Below are positions 54,341 through 64,000 of a stretch of 64,000 nucleotides of DNA, piece by piece. Numbering within the stretch: the first letter of the stretch is position 1; the number at the start of each line of letters is the position of its first letter. The translations under genes were made by a program, and so were the position numbers. The notes below the pieces were generated by a model. The model was not told where the DNA came from, did no database searches, and saw only the letters and a program-made list of their open reading frames with translations. The DNA is from an uncultured Lachnospiraceae bacterium (GTDB taxonomy: Bacteria > Bacillota > Clostridia > Oscillospirales > CAG-272): NCBI GenBank assembly GCA_964653575.1, contig CAZZFP010000001.1, positions 36,600 to 100,599 of the forward strand. The letters are read 5' to 3'.

Positions 54341-55657
54341 TTAATTTCCTTCGAGCACGGGATCGCGTGGCACAGACACCGACGGTCTTGCCCGCTTTGC
54401 ACGCTTTTCCAATCGTTTTTCATTCGCAAAAAAGTATATCTCCTCCGTAGCAAAGCTGAGCTTTGTTATGGCATCTCTCTTTGAAAGATAGCACCAGAAG
54501 CTGTCATCGGGAACAGATATATCCACGCAATCTCCGCCGCCGAGATAATCGTACTCTATATGAACGCTATCCAGCGTAAGCGGCGGCTTTTCAAGGACGA
54601 AATCCTCGCCGTAATAATTGCACTCGATACGTGTCCCGTCCGCGGTTTGGATAAGCCTTCCTTCTCCTTGATCATAGAACCTGCGTGCATTTGGCAATGT
54701 CCTAACCTTTACCGTATCTTCAAAGTGATATGTGCCGTTCCGTATCTCCTCGCGTACGCAGGCTCTCTCCCAATCCGACCAATCGGGAATATGCGGAAAC
54801 TCGGTCTCGCCCTCTTCGGCGCTGAGTCTGCCGTATTCGTCCATCTGCCATACCTTACCGCACTCATTGCACCAAAGGCGTGTCCCCTTGCTGTCCGTCT
54901 TACCCTCCGCTCCGCAGTGCGGACATTTGTAGAGAAGGCAGTGCAGCCCGTCAGCTCTGTCGGGATCGTCAATTTTTATCTTATTTTCGTATTGCCAGCT
55001 AAAATCATCGTACTCAAATCCGTCTTTGATCCTTTGATTTATCTCGGATGCCGAAAGTGCTCCGATCTCGGAAGGCTTCAGCACGGGAAAAAGCTCGGCT
55101 TCGACATAGGTACCTTTGTTTTTCTTGTTCCATTGAGGACAGGTAACAAAGTTTCCGTGTATACGAAGCACCGCGACGGGTACTTTCAGCATTCTAACAA
55201 GAGAACCGAGAGACTCGGGCAGATATGAGGTCTTTCCGTCAAGTGAATATCTCGCCTCGGGAAAAAGGACAAATACAGTCTTAAGTGTCTCAAGACAGTA
55301 CCGCATATTCCGAATAAGATAAAGATCGCTTATAAATTTTCTTTTTCCGAGCACCCCGAGCGCACGCATAAGCGGCTCGGTATAGGTCTTAAAGCCTTCA
55401 AGAGTCATTACATTGTTTACGGGATAAGGATGCGTCGCTTTGAGCATAAGGTTGAAATCGACCATAGAGGAATGAGTCACCAAAAGAAGGTACGGCTTGC
55501 CCTCAAGCTCGTCCATATCCGTCTTTTTTATGACCGCGCCTCTTTTCTTAAGATCCGGCCAACTGATGATCCCCTTGGCAAGCGACATAAGAAATGTCGG
55601 CTTGTGCGGCTTTTTTGCAAAGTCAAAGCGTTTGATCCTTTTGTTTTGTTCTGTCAT
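54341..55657 (-). CDS. lysophospholipid (PlsC-type) acyltransferase family protein with zinc-ribbon insertion
   Basis: HX4D motif THSSMVD and FPEARYS motif. Cys4 ribbon CPHCG...CNECG. Confidence 0.65.
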   Translation of the reverse strand: MTEQNKRIKRFDFAKKPHKPTFLMSLAKGIISWPDLKKRGAVIKKTDMDELEGKPYLLLVTHSSMVDFNLMLKATHPYPVNNVMTLEGFKTYTEPLMRALGVLGKRKFISDLYLIRNMRYCLETLKTVFVLFPEARYSLDGKTSYLPESLGSLVRMLKVPVAVLRIHGNFVTCPQWNKKNKGTYVEAELFPVLKPSEIGALSASEINQRIKDGFEYDDFSWQYENKIKIDDPDRADGLHCLLYKCPHCGAEGKTDSKGTRLWCNECGKVWQMDEYGRLSAEEGETEFPHIPDWSDWERACVREEIRNGTYHFEDTVKVRTLPNARRFYDQGEGRLIQTADGTRIECNYYGEDFVLEKPPLTLDSVHIEYDYLGGGDCVDISVPDDSFWCYLSKRDAITKLSFATEEIYFFANEKRLEKRAKRARPSVSVPRDPVLEGN

Positions 55658-55715
55658 TTCAGTGCTCCGCAGTTTTGATATTTGGCTATACTATCCTTTT
55701 GGTATTTGAACTCAT

Positions 55716-57038
55716 TCAATCGAACAGCTTAACACCTCTACCCGTAAGGACACTTTGTATTTCGGATGCTCCGACCTCTCTTACTGTCCTGTCGCTCTTG
55801 GCAGCAAGAGTTGCGGCAACGCCCGCCGCTTCTCCCGTCGCCATACATATCGCCATTACACGGTAAGACGCATGTGCGCGATGTGTGCCGGAAATACATC
55901 TTCCCGATGTAAGCAGGTTATCAACTCCCAAAGGAAGCAAACACCTGTACGGAATATCGTAAGGCTGCGCCATTTTGGAGTGTCCCTCCGCTTGACCGCC
56001 TCCCGCGGGATTATGTATATCAATGAGGAACCACGCCTTATGCACGACAACGTCGTCAAATCGCGCGCCGTCCTCGACATCCCTGTCGCAAAGGACGTAC
56101 TCACCCATAATTCGCCTTGTTTCTCTTACTCCGAGAACCGAAGCGGATGATTTTATACGACAGTTTTCATATCCGGGAACATACTTTCGCAAGAATTTGA
56201 CAACAGAATCGATCTGTGCGCGAAGTTCGACCTCGGAATCCGCAAGTACCTTTCCGTCGAGTGGATCTATGCCGTTCAGCTGTGTTGCGTTTACGGAGCG
56301 CTCGCCGTCGTAAAACGTGCGATGAAGTCTTACGATAGTTACGTTTTTGGGGAGCTCCCCTTCGGCATTTTTCTGCTTACAAAGCTCGCGATATTCCTGT
56401 CCCGACGGAAGCTTTACAAGATCGGAACCGCCCCACGCCGAGATAGCCACAGACTCATCAACACCGTCAACAAGAAATTCAAGAGTACAGGGCTGCGTTT
56501 TTCCGTCATCGTCTCTCCCGACTTTATATTCGGCACCCGCAAGGAAAGCCGCGTGACCGTCGCCGGATGCGTCTATGACGACCTTTGCGGAAACTGCGCA
56601 AAGTCCCGACGGCGTATTGAGCACAAGTCCCGTTACTTTGGTACCATCCTTTATTACATCGACCACGGATGTGCAGAGCATAAACTCAGCTCCGCTTTCT
56701 TTCACGAACGAGGCAAGTATTCCCTTCGCCTCTTCAAAATCGATATGTATCTCGCGTCCGTTACGCGTCATTACCTGCTTGGCATCCTTGTGATCCTTCT
56801 CAAGCATATGCTCGATCTCCGAGTACATAGTTCCCTCGGATACCGCGCCTAATATGGGGCTTACGTGACCGAGCGTCAAATTTCCGCCAAGTATTCCGTG
56901 ACGCTCTATAAGAAGCACGCGAGCTCCCATCCTTGCCGCGGAAACAGCCGCGCATATACCGGCAGGACCGCCTCCGACCACCGCCACATCATATTTCCCG
57001 ACGACCTCGATCGTCTTTGTGTAATTATAGTTGCTCAT
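55716..57038 (-). CDS. FAD-dependent oxidoreductase (PF12831-like)
   Basis: YDVAVVGGGPAGICAAVSAARMGARVLLIE. GGAGGAG RBS lies before the ATG at 57038. The listed 490-aa version overlaps the upstream gene and is an over-extension. Confidence 0.8.
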   Translation of the reverse strand: MSNYNYTKTIEVVGKYDVAVVGGGPAGICAAVSAARMGARVLLIERHGILGGNLTLGHVSPILGAVSEGTMYSEIEHMLEKDHKDAKQVMTRNGREIHIDFEEAKGILASFVKESGAEFMLCTSVVDVIKDGTKVTGLVLNTPSGLCAVSAKVVIDASGDGHAAFLAGAEYKVGRDDDGKTQPCTLEFLVDGVDESVAISAWGGSDLVKLPSGQEYRELCKQKNAEGELPKNVTIVRLHRTFYDGERSVNATQLNGIDPLDGKVLADSEVELRAQIDSVVKFLRKYVPGYENCRIKSSASVLGVRETRRIMGEYVLCDRDVEDGARFDDVVVHKAWFLIDIHNPAGGGQAEGHSKMAQPYDIPYRCLLPLGVDNLLTSGRCISGTHRAHASYRVMAICMATGEAAGVAATLAAKSDRTVREVGASEIQSVLTGRGVKLFD

Positions 57039-57054
57039 AATTCTCCTCCGAACA

Positions 57055-57942
57055 TCACTGCTTATTCTCACACAAAAGCTCGGCTTTTCTCGCGTCGTAT
57101 ATTGACACGAGGTATCTTCCGATAGACAAAACATATCTCGCGTGCTCTTTTCGGCACGCCTCGGGAACATTCGCTGTATTGATCTCAAAATTCAAGTCTC
57201 CGCAATATCCCACATCAGCCAAGGATGTCATAAGCTCCTTCCAATTGATGTTTCCCGAAAACGGAGGCTGATGAGCGTCTCTGTCGCCGTAGTTATCGTG
57301 GATATGCAGCATTTTTATGCGTTTTCCCATCATACGAACCGCTTCCGCGGGAACACAGCCTGCGTAATTGGCGTGACCGACGTCAAGGCAAATACCGACT
57401 CGGTACCCCTCAGAGCTCAAAATATCCACCGCTTCGCAAAGCGCCTCTATCGTCGCCCTCGGAGTATTTTCGACGGCTATTCCTATATTTCGTTCGGTTG
57501 CATATTTGCAAATGGGTCTCAGATATTCGAGTGCGGCATCCATATCCGCCATAAAATGCGCAACCGTCCACTTTGTTCCGAGAATGACGTTTGCGTCAAG
57601 GCAACGGTAGGACATATCCATATTATAGTCAAGATCCACGGTATTTTTACCGTCATACTTAAAGAACGGCAAATGAGAGAGCTCCGTGGGAAGCCCATAT
57701 TGCTCCGCGCGCTTTTTCACCTCGGCAATATTAGCTTGCCAATCTCCGTCCAAAATGGGCTCTCTGACCTTGTTCTTCAATTTACCGGACGTTCTCGAAT
57801 CTCCGTATATGGTCGCGCAAAGATTTATGTCAACCGCATCAAAGCCGACCTCGTAAAAAAAGTCAACAGCCTCAAGCATACTGTATCTCGTTTTATTATC
57901 GGGTCTTGCACTGTAAAGTCCCGAATTCACTGAAACACGCAT
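57055..57942 (-). CDS. sugar phosphate isomerase/epimerase (xylose-isomerase-like TIM barrel)
   Basis: LHIHDN and LDVGHAN metal-ligand motifs typical of the AP_endonuc_2 fold. Confidence 0.75.
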   Translation of the reverse strand: MRVSVNSGLYSARPDNKTRYSMLEAVDFFYEVGFDAVDINLCATIYGDSRTSGKLKNKVREPILDGDWQANIAEVKKRAEQYGLPTELSHLPFFKYDGKNTVDLDYNMDMSYRCLDANVILGTKWTVAHFMADMDAALEYLRPICKYATERNIGIAVENTPRATIEALCEAVDILSSEGYRVGICLDVGHANYAGCVPAEAVRMMGKRIKMLHIHDNYGDRDAHQPPFSGNINWKELMTSLADVGYCGDLNFEINTANVPEACRKEHARYVLSIGRYLVSIYDARKAELLCENKQ

Positions 57943-58129
57943 TTTTTACCTCGCATTCGTCATTTTGACAACACAGGCGCAAACACCCTATATTATCTCA
58001 AGGTATATTTTATCACATATGTCGGTTTAATTCAAGTGCTTTTTTCAGTTTTTAATTAAAGAAGTGCAGTGGTCAGATTAAAATTTCAACCGCTCAGCAA
58101 AAAAATATTTGTTTTTTTAAAAAAAGGTA

Positions 58130-58158
58130 TTGACAAGACAAATCTGTTGTGGTATAAT
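58130..58158 (+). promoter_or_regulatory. sigma-A-type promoter with extended -10, tRNA operon
   Basis: TTGACA (58130-58135), a 17-nt spacer including TG, then TATAAT (58153-58158). Confidence 0.65.
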
Positions 58159-58202
58159 TCTATACGTTGTCAAGGATACGGTCTCGGAGACGACAAAAAT
58201 GT

Positions 58203-58277
58203 GCTGGTGTGGCTCAATGGCAGAGCAGCTGATTTGTAATCAGCAGGTTGATGGTTCGACTCCGTTCACCAGCTCCA
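58203..58277 (+). tRNA. tRNA-Thr (UGU)
   Basis: GCTGGTG-TG-GCTCAATGGCAGAGC-A-GCTGA-TTTGTAA-TCAGC-AGGTT-GATGG-TTCGACT-CCGTT-CACCAGC-T-CCA. Folded by eye. CCA is encoded. Confidence 0.9.
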
Positions 58278-58280
58278 TAT

Positions 58281-58362
58281 GGGGGAATTCCCGAGCGGCC
58301 AAAGGGGGCAGACTGTAAATCTGTTGTCACTGACTTCGGTGGTCCGAATCCACCTTCCCCCA
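58281..58362 (+). tRNA. tRNA-Tyr (GUA)
   Basis: GGGGGAA...GCAGA-CTGTAAA-TCTGT, then a long variable arm, then GGTGG-TCCGAAT-CCACC-TTCCCCC-A. Folded by eye. Confidence 0.9.
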
Positions 58363-58370
58363 TTTAAAAA

Positions 58371-58403
58371 GAACGTTTACCGTTAAGGTAAGCGTTCTTT
58401 TTT
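58371..58403 (+). terminator. rho-independent terminator of the tRNA operon
   Basis: GAACGTTTACC-GTTAA-GGTAAGCGTTC followed by T6. Confidence 0.75.
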
Positions 58404-58497
58404 GCTTTCAAATTTTAACTATACCATAATGACAACACGGAGCCGTCACTCATAAGATCCGGCTCCGTGTACGTTTATCAAGATTATCAAAATAATA

Positions 58498-59547
58498 TCA
58501 GAAAGCTGTCGTCTCACACGCGATCTCTTTTCCTCCGAGATCCGCGCTCACACGAAGCTTCTCGACAAGTGCGACGGTAGCCGCAGCGCTTTCGGGCGTA
58601 TTGGTCTCATTTACAAACGAAGCGTCCTCAATACTGCGGGCAAGATATCTTATCTCTTCTGCCATCCTGTTCTTTTTCGGAAGCTCGAGAACATACGGCG
58701 CTCCGTCATTGAGTGTCTTATCCATCGGATACACGGTAACGACTCCTCCGTCAAGAACGACCTCAGCCTTTTCAAATCCGACTCTGTAAGTCATCTCAAA
58801 GCGCTTCTTGTAGCCCTCGAACCAGCTTCCCGTAGCGACAACAACGGGAACATCCTTGTACTTAAAAGTACTGTGTATAAGCTGCTTCGGCGTAACTCCG
58901 GATTGCGTAACGGCGCTAACCGATTCGGGCTCACCCAACAGAAACCTGATCATATCGACATCGTGTATATGCAGGTCGAGCGGGCAATCGCCGCTTCTCT
59001 TTTCGTCTCTGTACCAGCCTTCAAATCCCCACCCGGGAAGTCCGCTGAGGCGGTCAAAGAACATATACTTTACCGCTCCGAGCTCTCCGCTGTCTATGTA
59101 ATCCTTAAGGCAAGTATAAAGCGGCTCGAACCTCAAGCATTGACCGATCATAAGCTTTTTACCCGTCTCCTTTGAAGTGGCTATCATTTTCCGACAGTCT
59201 TCGGACGAAAGTGACATAGGCTTTTCGCACAGAACGTGCTTTCCCGCCTTCATCATTTTCACGGCATACTCGGCGTGAAGATACGTCGGCAAACAAATAT
59301 CTATCATATCAAGCTCTTCGTTTGCGAGCATATCGTCAACGTTCGTATAAAGCTTTTGGCGGCTGAGGTCATACTTTCCCTTCCCCGTATCGAGGTTGAT
59401 AGCCTCTGCCTTTTTGAATTGCTCCGGATCTATATCACAGATAGCAACAAGCTCTATACTTTCATTTTCCCTTGCAAGTTGCTCATATCCTCTGAAATGT
59501 GATTTCGATATTCCTCCAAATCCGAGAAGTCCGACTTTTACGCTCAT
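58498..59547 (-). CDS. Gfo/Idh/MocA-family oxidoreductase
   Basis: The N-terminal Rossmann region reads VGLLGFGGISKSH. The EKP motif reads VLCEKPMSL. Confidence 0.85.
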   Translation of the reverse strand: MSVKVGLLGFGGISKSHFRGYEQLARENESIELVAICDIDPEQFKKAEAINLDTGKGKYDLSRQKLYTNVDDMLANEELDMIDICLPTYLHAEYAVKMMKAGKHVLCEKPMSLSSEDCRKMIATSKETGKKLMIGQCLRFEPLYTCLKDYIDSGELGAVKYMFFDRLSGLPGWGFEGWYRDEKRSGDCPLDLHIHDVDMIRFLLGEPESVSAVTQSGVTPKQLIHSTFKYKDVPVVVATGSWFEGYKKRFEMTYRVGFEKAEVVLDGGVVTVYPMDKTLNDGAPYVLELPKKNRMAEEIRYLARSIEDASFVNETNTPESAAATVALVEKLRVSADLGGKEIACETTAF

Positions 59548-59675
59548 ATGATCTTACCATCCTTTATTTTAGATATGTTTCAAATCTTTTACAGAAGCTC
59601 GCGCTTCAATATGAATATATCACAAAGCCTCAAAAAAGTCAATAGTAAATCCAAATTTCTTTAACTGCTTTATAT

Positions 59676-60161
59676 TCAATTTCCCTCGAATCCGACTACA
59701 AATCCGTCGCGATCCGCCGAGCAGATATCTCCGCCGATCACGCGGTTGCGGTAAACGAGTATATTGGCATAAACGGTGCCGTCGTAGCCCTTATAATTCG
59801 TTACCTCGTATGTATATCTTTTGACGGTCTTCTTCTTATATTTTGCCAGATCAAGCCCCTGAGCGCGTTGTATCTCGTTATAACCGCCGAAGATCTTGTC
59901 GAACTGTTCGGGAATGGTCACATCACGCACCTCGCACGGCTCATCGCTCGTTTCCCAGCCGAACTGCTTTAAAAAATCGCGTCTGTCATCGTTATCCTTG
60001 ATCTTGTCATAATTGATAGAGACCTCCGTGCCGCCCGCATTGGTGGTTATGGAATCATCATATTCGGGAACGAAGGCTATCAAGGTTATCAGCGCTACAA
60101 GCGCCACGCACAAAACGCCGAAAAATTTCACCGTGCTCGCACGAAGAGAGTAAACAAACAT
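59676..60161 (-). CDS. DUF4830-like membrane-anchored protein
   Basis: An N-terminal TM helix is followed by FLKQFGWE...EP.EV..V.IP..F...F..YN.IQ...GLDL..YK.K.V.RYTY.V.NY, which fits my recollection of DUF4830. Confidence 0.5.
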   Translation of the reverse strand: MFVYSLRASTVKFFGVLCVALVALITLIAFVPEYDDSITTNAGGTEVSINYDKIKDNDDRRDFLKQFGWETSDEPCEVRDVTIPEQFDKIFGGYNEIQRAQGLDLAKYKKKTVKRYTYEVTNYKGYDGTVYANILVYRNRVIGGDICSADRDGFVVGFEGN

Positions 60162-60283
60162 AAAAAAATACCTCCGCTGTTTTATAATGCAATTAAATTA
60201 TACGAGTATCTACTGCATTATATTACGTTTGGAGGTATTTTATTACATATCGATCTCTACATTCGAGCGTTGTTTGAAACACG

Positions 60284-61414
60284 TCACTTCGGAAGTGCAA
60301 GATCGTAATTTTTCTTGTTTCTGTGCGAATATACGCTGTGCGCCATCGCCATAATGATATTTATCGCAAGTATCGACGATCCCCCCGCGCTCAAAAACGG
60401 CAAGGTTATTCCTATAACGGGAAGCATAGCAAGGCACATTCCTATATTTTCGGTCGCCTGCACTATTACCATTGCCGCGATACCGATACAAATATAAGTT
60501 CCGTAATCCTTTGACGCCATATGAGCTATCATAATGAGTCGGATGACCATTATCACCAGAAGAGAGATTAAAACGAATGCGCCGACAAAGCCGAATTTTT
60601 CGCAAAAAGTAGCGAAAAAGAAATCGGATTCGGAAACGGGAAGCTCGCGATATATGCTTCCGCCGTTGAGCCCTGCGCCGAAAAATCCGCCGCTTTGGAT
60701 CGCTTTTTTGCTGAGAAGCGGCTGAAAACCCTTATCGAGCGGATCAAGCTCGGGTCTGAAGCCGACTATGATCCTGTCCTGCTGATACGGCTTGAGCAGT
60801 GGCCATATGTACGGCACCGCTATTCCTATTACCAACAGTCCTCCCGCAAAGTACAATGGCGACAGACCTGCACAAAAAAGCATAACGAGCATAATTCCGG
60901 CGTAAACGAGAGCCACGCCAAGGTCGCCCGAAAGCACGATGAGTCCTATTACCGACATAGCGTGAAGTCCGAGCAAAAGCAGAGTCAGCGGATGATTTAT
61001 CTTGCTCTTGACTCGGTGCAAATGATATGAAAATGTCACGATAAACGAAGCCTTAACAAATTCCGAGGGCTGAACGGTAAGTCCGCCGAGAAATTTGAAT
61101 TCTATCCAACTTTTGTTGCTTCCGACCTCGGAGCCGAACAGCAAAACGGCGGCAAGAAGACCGTATGAAAGCAGCAAAAACATAGGCCAGAGCTTTTCCA
61201 CAAGAAATTGATACTCGAGATTGGCGATGATAAGCGTAGCAACAAGACCCGCAACCGTCATAGCCGCCTGCATCACAAACGCTCTCGAACCAAAATCATC
61301 CCTACCGCCGTAAAGCGTAAGAACACTGATAGCAGAGAGCGAGAGCGTGCAACCGAGCAATATGGGGTCAAGATGCTTGAACATATTAAAAACAAACTCT
61401 GTTAGTTTCTTCAT
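60284..61414 (-). CDS. FtsW/RodA/SpoVE (SEDS) family peptidoglycan polymerase
   Basis: About ten TM helices with SEDS motifs (QPSEF.K, GDLG.A, SDF.FA, LP..G..LPF.S.GGSS). The start is uncertain (61414 or 61480). Confidence 0.85.
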   Translation of the reverse strand: MKKLTEFVFNMFKHLDPILLGCTLSLSAISVLTLYGGRDDFGSRAFVMQAAMTVAGLVATLIIANLEYQFLVEKLWPMFLLLSYGLLAAVLLFGSEVGSNKSWIEFKFLGGLTVQPSEFVKASFIVTFSYHLHRVKSKINHPLTLLLLGLHAMSVIGLIVLSGDLGVALVYAGIMLVMLFCAGLSPLYFAGGLLVIGIAVPYIWPLLKPYQQDRIIVGFRPELDPLDKGFQPLLSKKAIQSGGFFGAGLNGGSIYRELPVSESDFFFATFCEKFGFVGAFVLISLLVIMVIRLIMIAHMASKDYGTYICIGIAAMVIVQATENIGMCLAMLPVIGITLPFLSAGGSSILAINIIMAMAHSVYSHRNKKNYDLALPK

Positions 61415-61852
61415 CCTTCGCTCTTTCTTCCTTTTATACCCTATACTTACCGTCAAAGCGTCGCGAACCGTATAGTTCAATCAAAAAGCATCGACACTTA
61501 CTACAATATGATTATATCACTCAAGGTAATGTTTGTCAAGATAGCTTATTGGCAATACAATGATATTTTCTTCTGTGCCCCATCGGAAAGATAAATAAAA
61601 GATTACGTGGAGAATACACGCCGTAGCGAGCACAAGCCTTTTGTGAAAAATGCACATTTTCAACAATCCAAGGCAGGCTTTTGACGACATTATTACAGAA
61701 AATGATAAAATTTAATCAAAGTACTTGTTTTTTCTCGGAAAATAAGGTAAAATATATCGTGGAGATGAATGGGCTTACCATACACTCCCGCTTTTTTGAC
61801 CAAAAAATAAAAGAAAATCAAAAAATAATTAAATAAACGGAGGATTTTTACT

Positions 61853-62869
61853 ATGTCAGTAAAAGTTGCTATTAACGGCTTTGGCCGTATCGGCCGTCTT
61901 GCATTCAGACAGATGTTTGGTGCAGAGGGCTACGAAATCGTTGCTATCAACGACCTTACAAGCCCTGCTATGCTTGCTCACCTTCTCAAGTACGACTCTG
62001 CACAGGGCAGATACGCTCTCGCAGATACAGTAGTTGCAGGCGAGGACAGCATCACGGTAAACGGCAAGACCATCAAGATCTATGCTGAAAAAGACGCTAA
62101 CAACTGCCCTTGGGCTGCTCTCGATGTTGACGTTGTTCTCGAGTGCACAGGCTTCTATACTTCCAAAGAGAAGGCTCAGGCTCACATCAATGCAGGCGCA
62201 AAGAAGGTAGTTATCTCCGCTCCCGCAGGCAAAGACCTTCCCACTATCGTTTACAGCGTAAACGAGAAGACACTTACAGCTGAGGACACTATCATCTCCG
62301 CTGCTTCCTGCACAACAAACTGCCTCGCTCCTATGGCAAAGGCTCTCAACGATTACGCTCCCATTCAGAGCGGTATCATGACAACAGTTCACGCTTACAC
62401 AGGCGACCAGATGGTTCTTGACGGTCCTCACAGAAAGGGTGACCTCCGCCGTGCACGTGCTGCTGCCGCTAACATCGTTCCTAACTCCACAGGCGCTGCT
62501 AAGGCTATCGGTCTCGTTATTCCCGAGCTCAACGGTAAGCTTATCGGTTCCGCTCAGAGAGTTCCCGTTCCGACAGGCTCCACAACTATCCTTGTAGCTG
62601 TTGTTAAGGGTAACGACGTTTCCGTTGAAGGCATCAACGCCGCTATGAAGGCTGCATCCTCCGCTTCCTTCGGTTACACAGAAGAGCCCCTCGTTTCCAG
62701 CGATATCATCGGTATCACATACGGCTCGCTCTTCGATGCTACACAGACCATGGTAACAAAGATCTCCGACGACACATATCAGGTACAGGTAGTTTCGTGG
62801 TACGACAACGAGAACAGCTACACAAGCCAGATGGTTCGTACGATCAAGTACTTTGCAGAGCTTAACTAA
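61853..62869 (+). CDS. gap: type I glyceraldehyde-3-phosphate dehydrogenase
   Basis: INGFGRIGR and the active site SCTTNCLAP, plus WYDNE near the C-terminus. GGAGGA RBS. Confidence 0.95.
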   Translation: MSVKVAINGFGRIGRLAFRQMFGAEGYEIVAINDLTSPAMLAHLLKYDSAQGRYALADTVVAGEDSITVNGKTIKIYAEKDANNCPWAALDVDVVLECTGFYTSKEKAQAHINAGAKKVVISAPAGKDLPTIVYSVNEKTLTAEDTIISAASCTTNCLAPMAKALNDYAPIQSGIMTTVHAYTGDQMVLDGPHRKGDLRRARAAAANIVPNSTGAAKAIGLVIPELNGKLIGSAQRVPVPTGSTTILVAVVKGNDVSVEGINAAMKAASSASFGYTEEPLVSSDIIGITYGSLFDATQTMVTKISDDTYQVQVVSWYDNENSYTSQMVRTIKYFAELN

Positions 62870-62905
62870 TCACAAATAACGCTCGAAGCTTTATAAATTG
62901 ATATA

Positions 62906-62945
62906 AGCCGCCTTGAATGCTTTTTAGTTTGCATTCAAGGCGGCT
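62906..62945 (+). terminator. terminator hairpin after gap
   Basis: Perfect 15-bp arms AGCCGCCTTGAATGC / GCATTCAAGGCGGCT. The trailing U-run is weak (CTTTAAAG). Confidence 0.55.
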
Positions 62946-62964
62946 CTTTAAAGTTCTTGGAGTT

Positions 62965-62994
62965 CTCAGAACCTTCTTTCAAGAAGGTTCTGAG
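62965..62994. repeat. perfect 14-bp palindrome
   Basis: CTCAGAACCTTCTT (62965-62978), a TC spacer, then AAGAAGGTTCTGAG (62981-62994). A small CGGGC/GCCCG hairpin follows. No U-run on either strand. Confidence 0.6.
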
Positions 62995-63037
62995 CGGGCA
63001 CGGGCAGAGCCCGAATATCTTCAAAAGATCTAATATC

Positions 63038-64000
63038 CTAACCTTTCTTTATCCTGTCGCCATTGGAGCCGTACGGTCCCCAGAAGTAATCCGAGATAAA
63101 GGATTCATATCCCGACTGAGTCATAATGTAAAGCTTTGCGGAATCGGGCGCACCGCCGAAAAGATCGTCGCCGACCGAAACTCCCTCAGCCGATGTATAA
63201 TTCATATTTATGCGTTCGAGTGCCGAGCAACCGTCAAAAATCCGATCGTAATACTGAATGATATTCGGATTTATCGTCACAGTCTTAAGCAATGCACAAC
63301 CCGAAAATGCCCCCTCGCCTATTGCGATAACAGGCTTATCTTCATACTTTGTCGGAACTGTAATGTTTTTAAGAAGCTTCCCTTCATCGGTTACACCCGT
63401 GATTTTCCATCCCGAGCCAAAATCCTCATATGTAAAATATTCGGCATAGGAATTATCTCCCCCTTCGATATCGATCTCGGTGTTGCTTCTCTGCGGAGGC
63501 TCCGGAAGTTCAATATCGACGCTCTGAAGATATCCGAGCGCTTTGTACAGGTCGGTAATGAGCGTGGCGGTACGTACGGTAACGCCGCTGTCATTTAAGT
63601 GGAAATTGCTGTCGTAAAAATAATTTTCATCTATAATGTAATCGTTTATGTTGCTTATAACATCACAGTTTAGGTTACGACAAATAAAATCGTAGTATTC
63701 AAAAAGAGTATCTTCGGTCACGTCGCCCGCAACGCAAGACTCATTTATCGGTGGGAAGCTGTAATAAACGTCAGCACCCTTCTTTTCCGCCTTTTCGATA
63801 AAGACGTTAAGATAGTCTATAAATTCCTCGTCGAACATTTCGGTCGAAAAATCGACCGTCATATTCGGATCGTATCCGAGAGGCATAATGTTGGAAGGTC
63901 TTTCGTAGACGATGTCTCCGTATTCGTTAAAAGATGCGTGATTGTAGACCCCGTCCGGATTCGGCGCACCGCTGAAAAGATATCCGAGCTTTTTTGAGGC
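63038..64000 (-). CDS. secreted-type protein with C-terminal BspA-type LRR units, N-terminus outside window
   Basis: The frame stays open from the listed Met (63886) to nt 64000 (...KKLGYLFSGAPNPDGVYNHASFNEYGDIVYERPSNIMPLGYDP...). The C-terminus contains an LRR_5 unit (VIAIGEGAFSGCALLKTVTINPNI). Confidence 0.6.
   Translation of the reverse strand, partial: ASKKLGYLFSGAPNPDGVYNHASFNEYGDIVYERPSNIMPLGYDPNMTVDFSTEMFDEEFIDYLNVFIEKAEKKGADVYYSFPPINESCVAGDVTEDTLFEYYDFICRNLNCDVISNINDYIIDENYFYDSNFHLNDSGVTVRTATLITDLYKALGYLQSVDIELPEPPQRSNTEIDIEGGDNSYAEYFTYEDFGSGWKITGVTDEGKLLKNITVPTKYEDKPVIAIGEGAFSGCALLKTVTINPNIIQYYDRIFDGCSALERINMNYTSAEGVSVGDDLFGGAPDSAKLYIMTQSGYESFISDYFWGPYGSNGDRIKKG

Noticed and set aside
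1-64000. CRISPR arrays, rRNA genes, IS elements, prophage genes
   Set aside because: A search by eye found no regularly spaced direct repeats, no rRNA-like sequence, and no transposase, integrase or phage-structural ORFs in the six-frame track.

Overview
This is a 64 kb chromosomal segment from a Firmicutes or Clostridia-type genome. The taxon is inferred from many near-consensus TTGACA-17-TATAAT promoters, GGAGG ribosome-binding sites, a T-box leader, HPr kinase and Sfp-type PPTase. All calls were made by eye from the ORF translations and the raw sequence, so RNA-element coordinates are accurate to a few nt. Most of the window is ordinary housekeeping and transport. It includes recG, pepF, hprK, metG, gap, nagA, tatD, an EF-G paralog, a SEDS protein, a DD-carboxypeptidase and an amidase. 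It also includes three ABC systems, one OmpR-type two-component module and sugar-catabolic oxidoreductases. Three tRNAs are present: Ser-GCU, Thr-UGU and Tyr-GUA. Two recognisable riboswitch-type leaders are present: preQ1-I upstream of queT, and a T-box upstream of a COG2984-type ABC importer. I saw no rRNA, CRISPR array, integrase, transposase or phage genes. Three loci are worth a second look. (1) At 544-5141 is a tightly packed operon that looks like a V-type ATPase reduced to its stator plus a catalytically degenerate A/B pair. It encodes G/H-like, membrane-less a/I-N-terminal-like, E-like, A-like and B-like proteins. The A-like P-loop has Lys replaced by Arg and the catalytic Glu segment is lost. 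Both A-like and B-like lack their C-terminal domains. No c-ring, D, F, C or membrane a-domain gene is present. (2) At 11397-13889 is a two-gene operon pairing an NYN/LabA + OST-HTH (LOTUS) protein with a 506-aa protein. The C-terminus of that protein looks like a diadenylate-cyclase (DisA_N) fold that keeps DGA but has lost RHR. (3) At 24.5-32.1 kb is a type IV pilus / Com-like pseudopilus cluster with visibly different codon usage. It sits behind a strong promoter and a ~195-nt GC-hairpin-rich leader. It is followed by 666 bp of non-coding DNA containing a nested GC-rich hairpin, tRNA-Ser and a second partial copy of the tRNA 3' end. Smaller observations are listed under findings: an orphan LytTR regulator with Glu at the phospho-acceptor position, a tandem operator-like repeat, and an LRR gene remnant.
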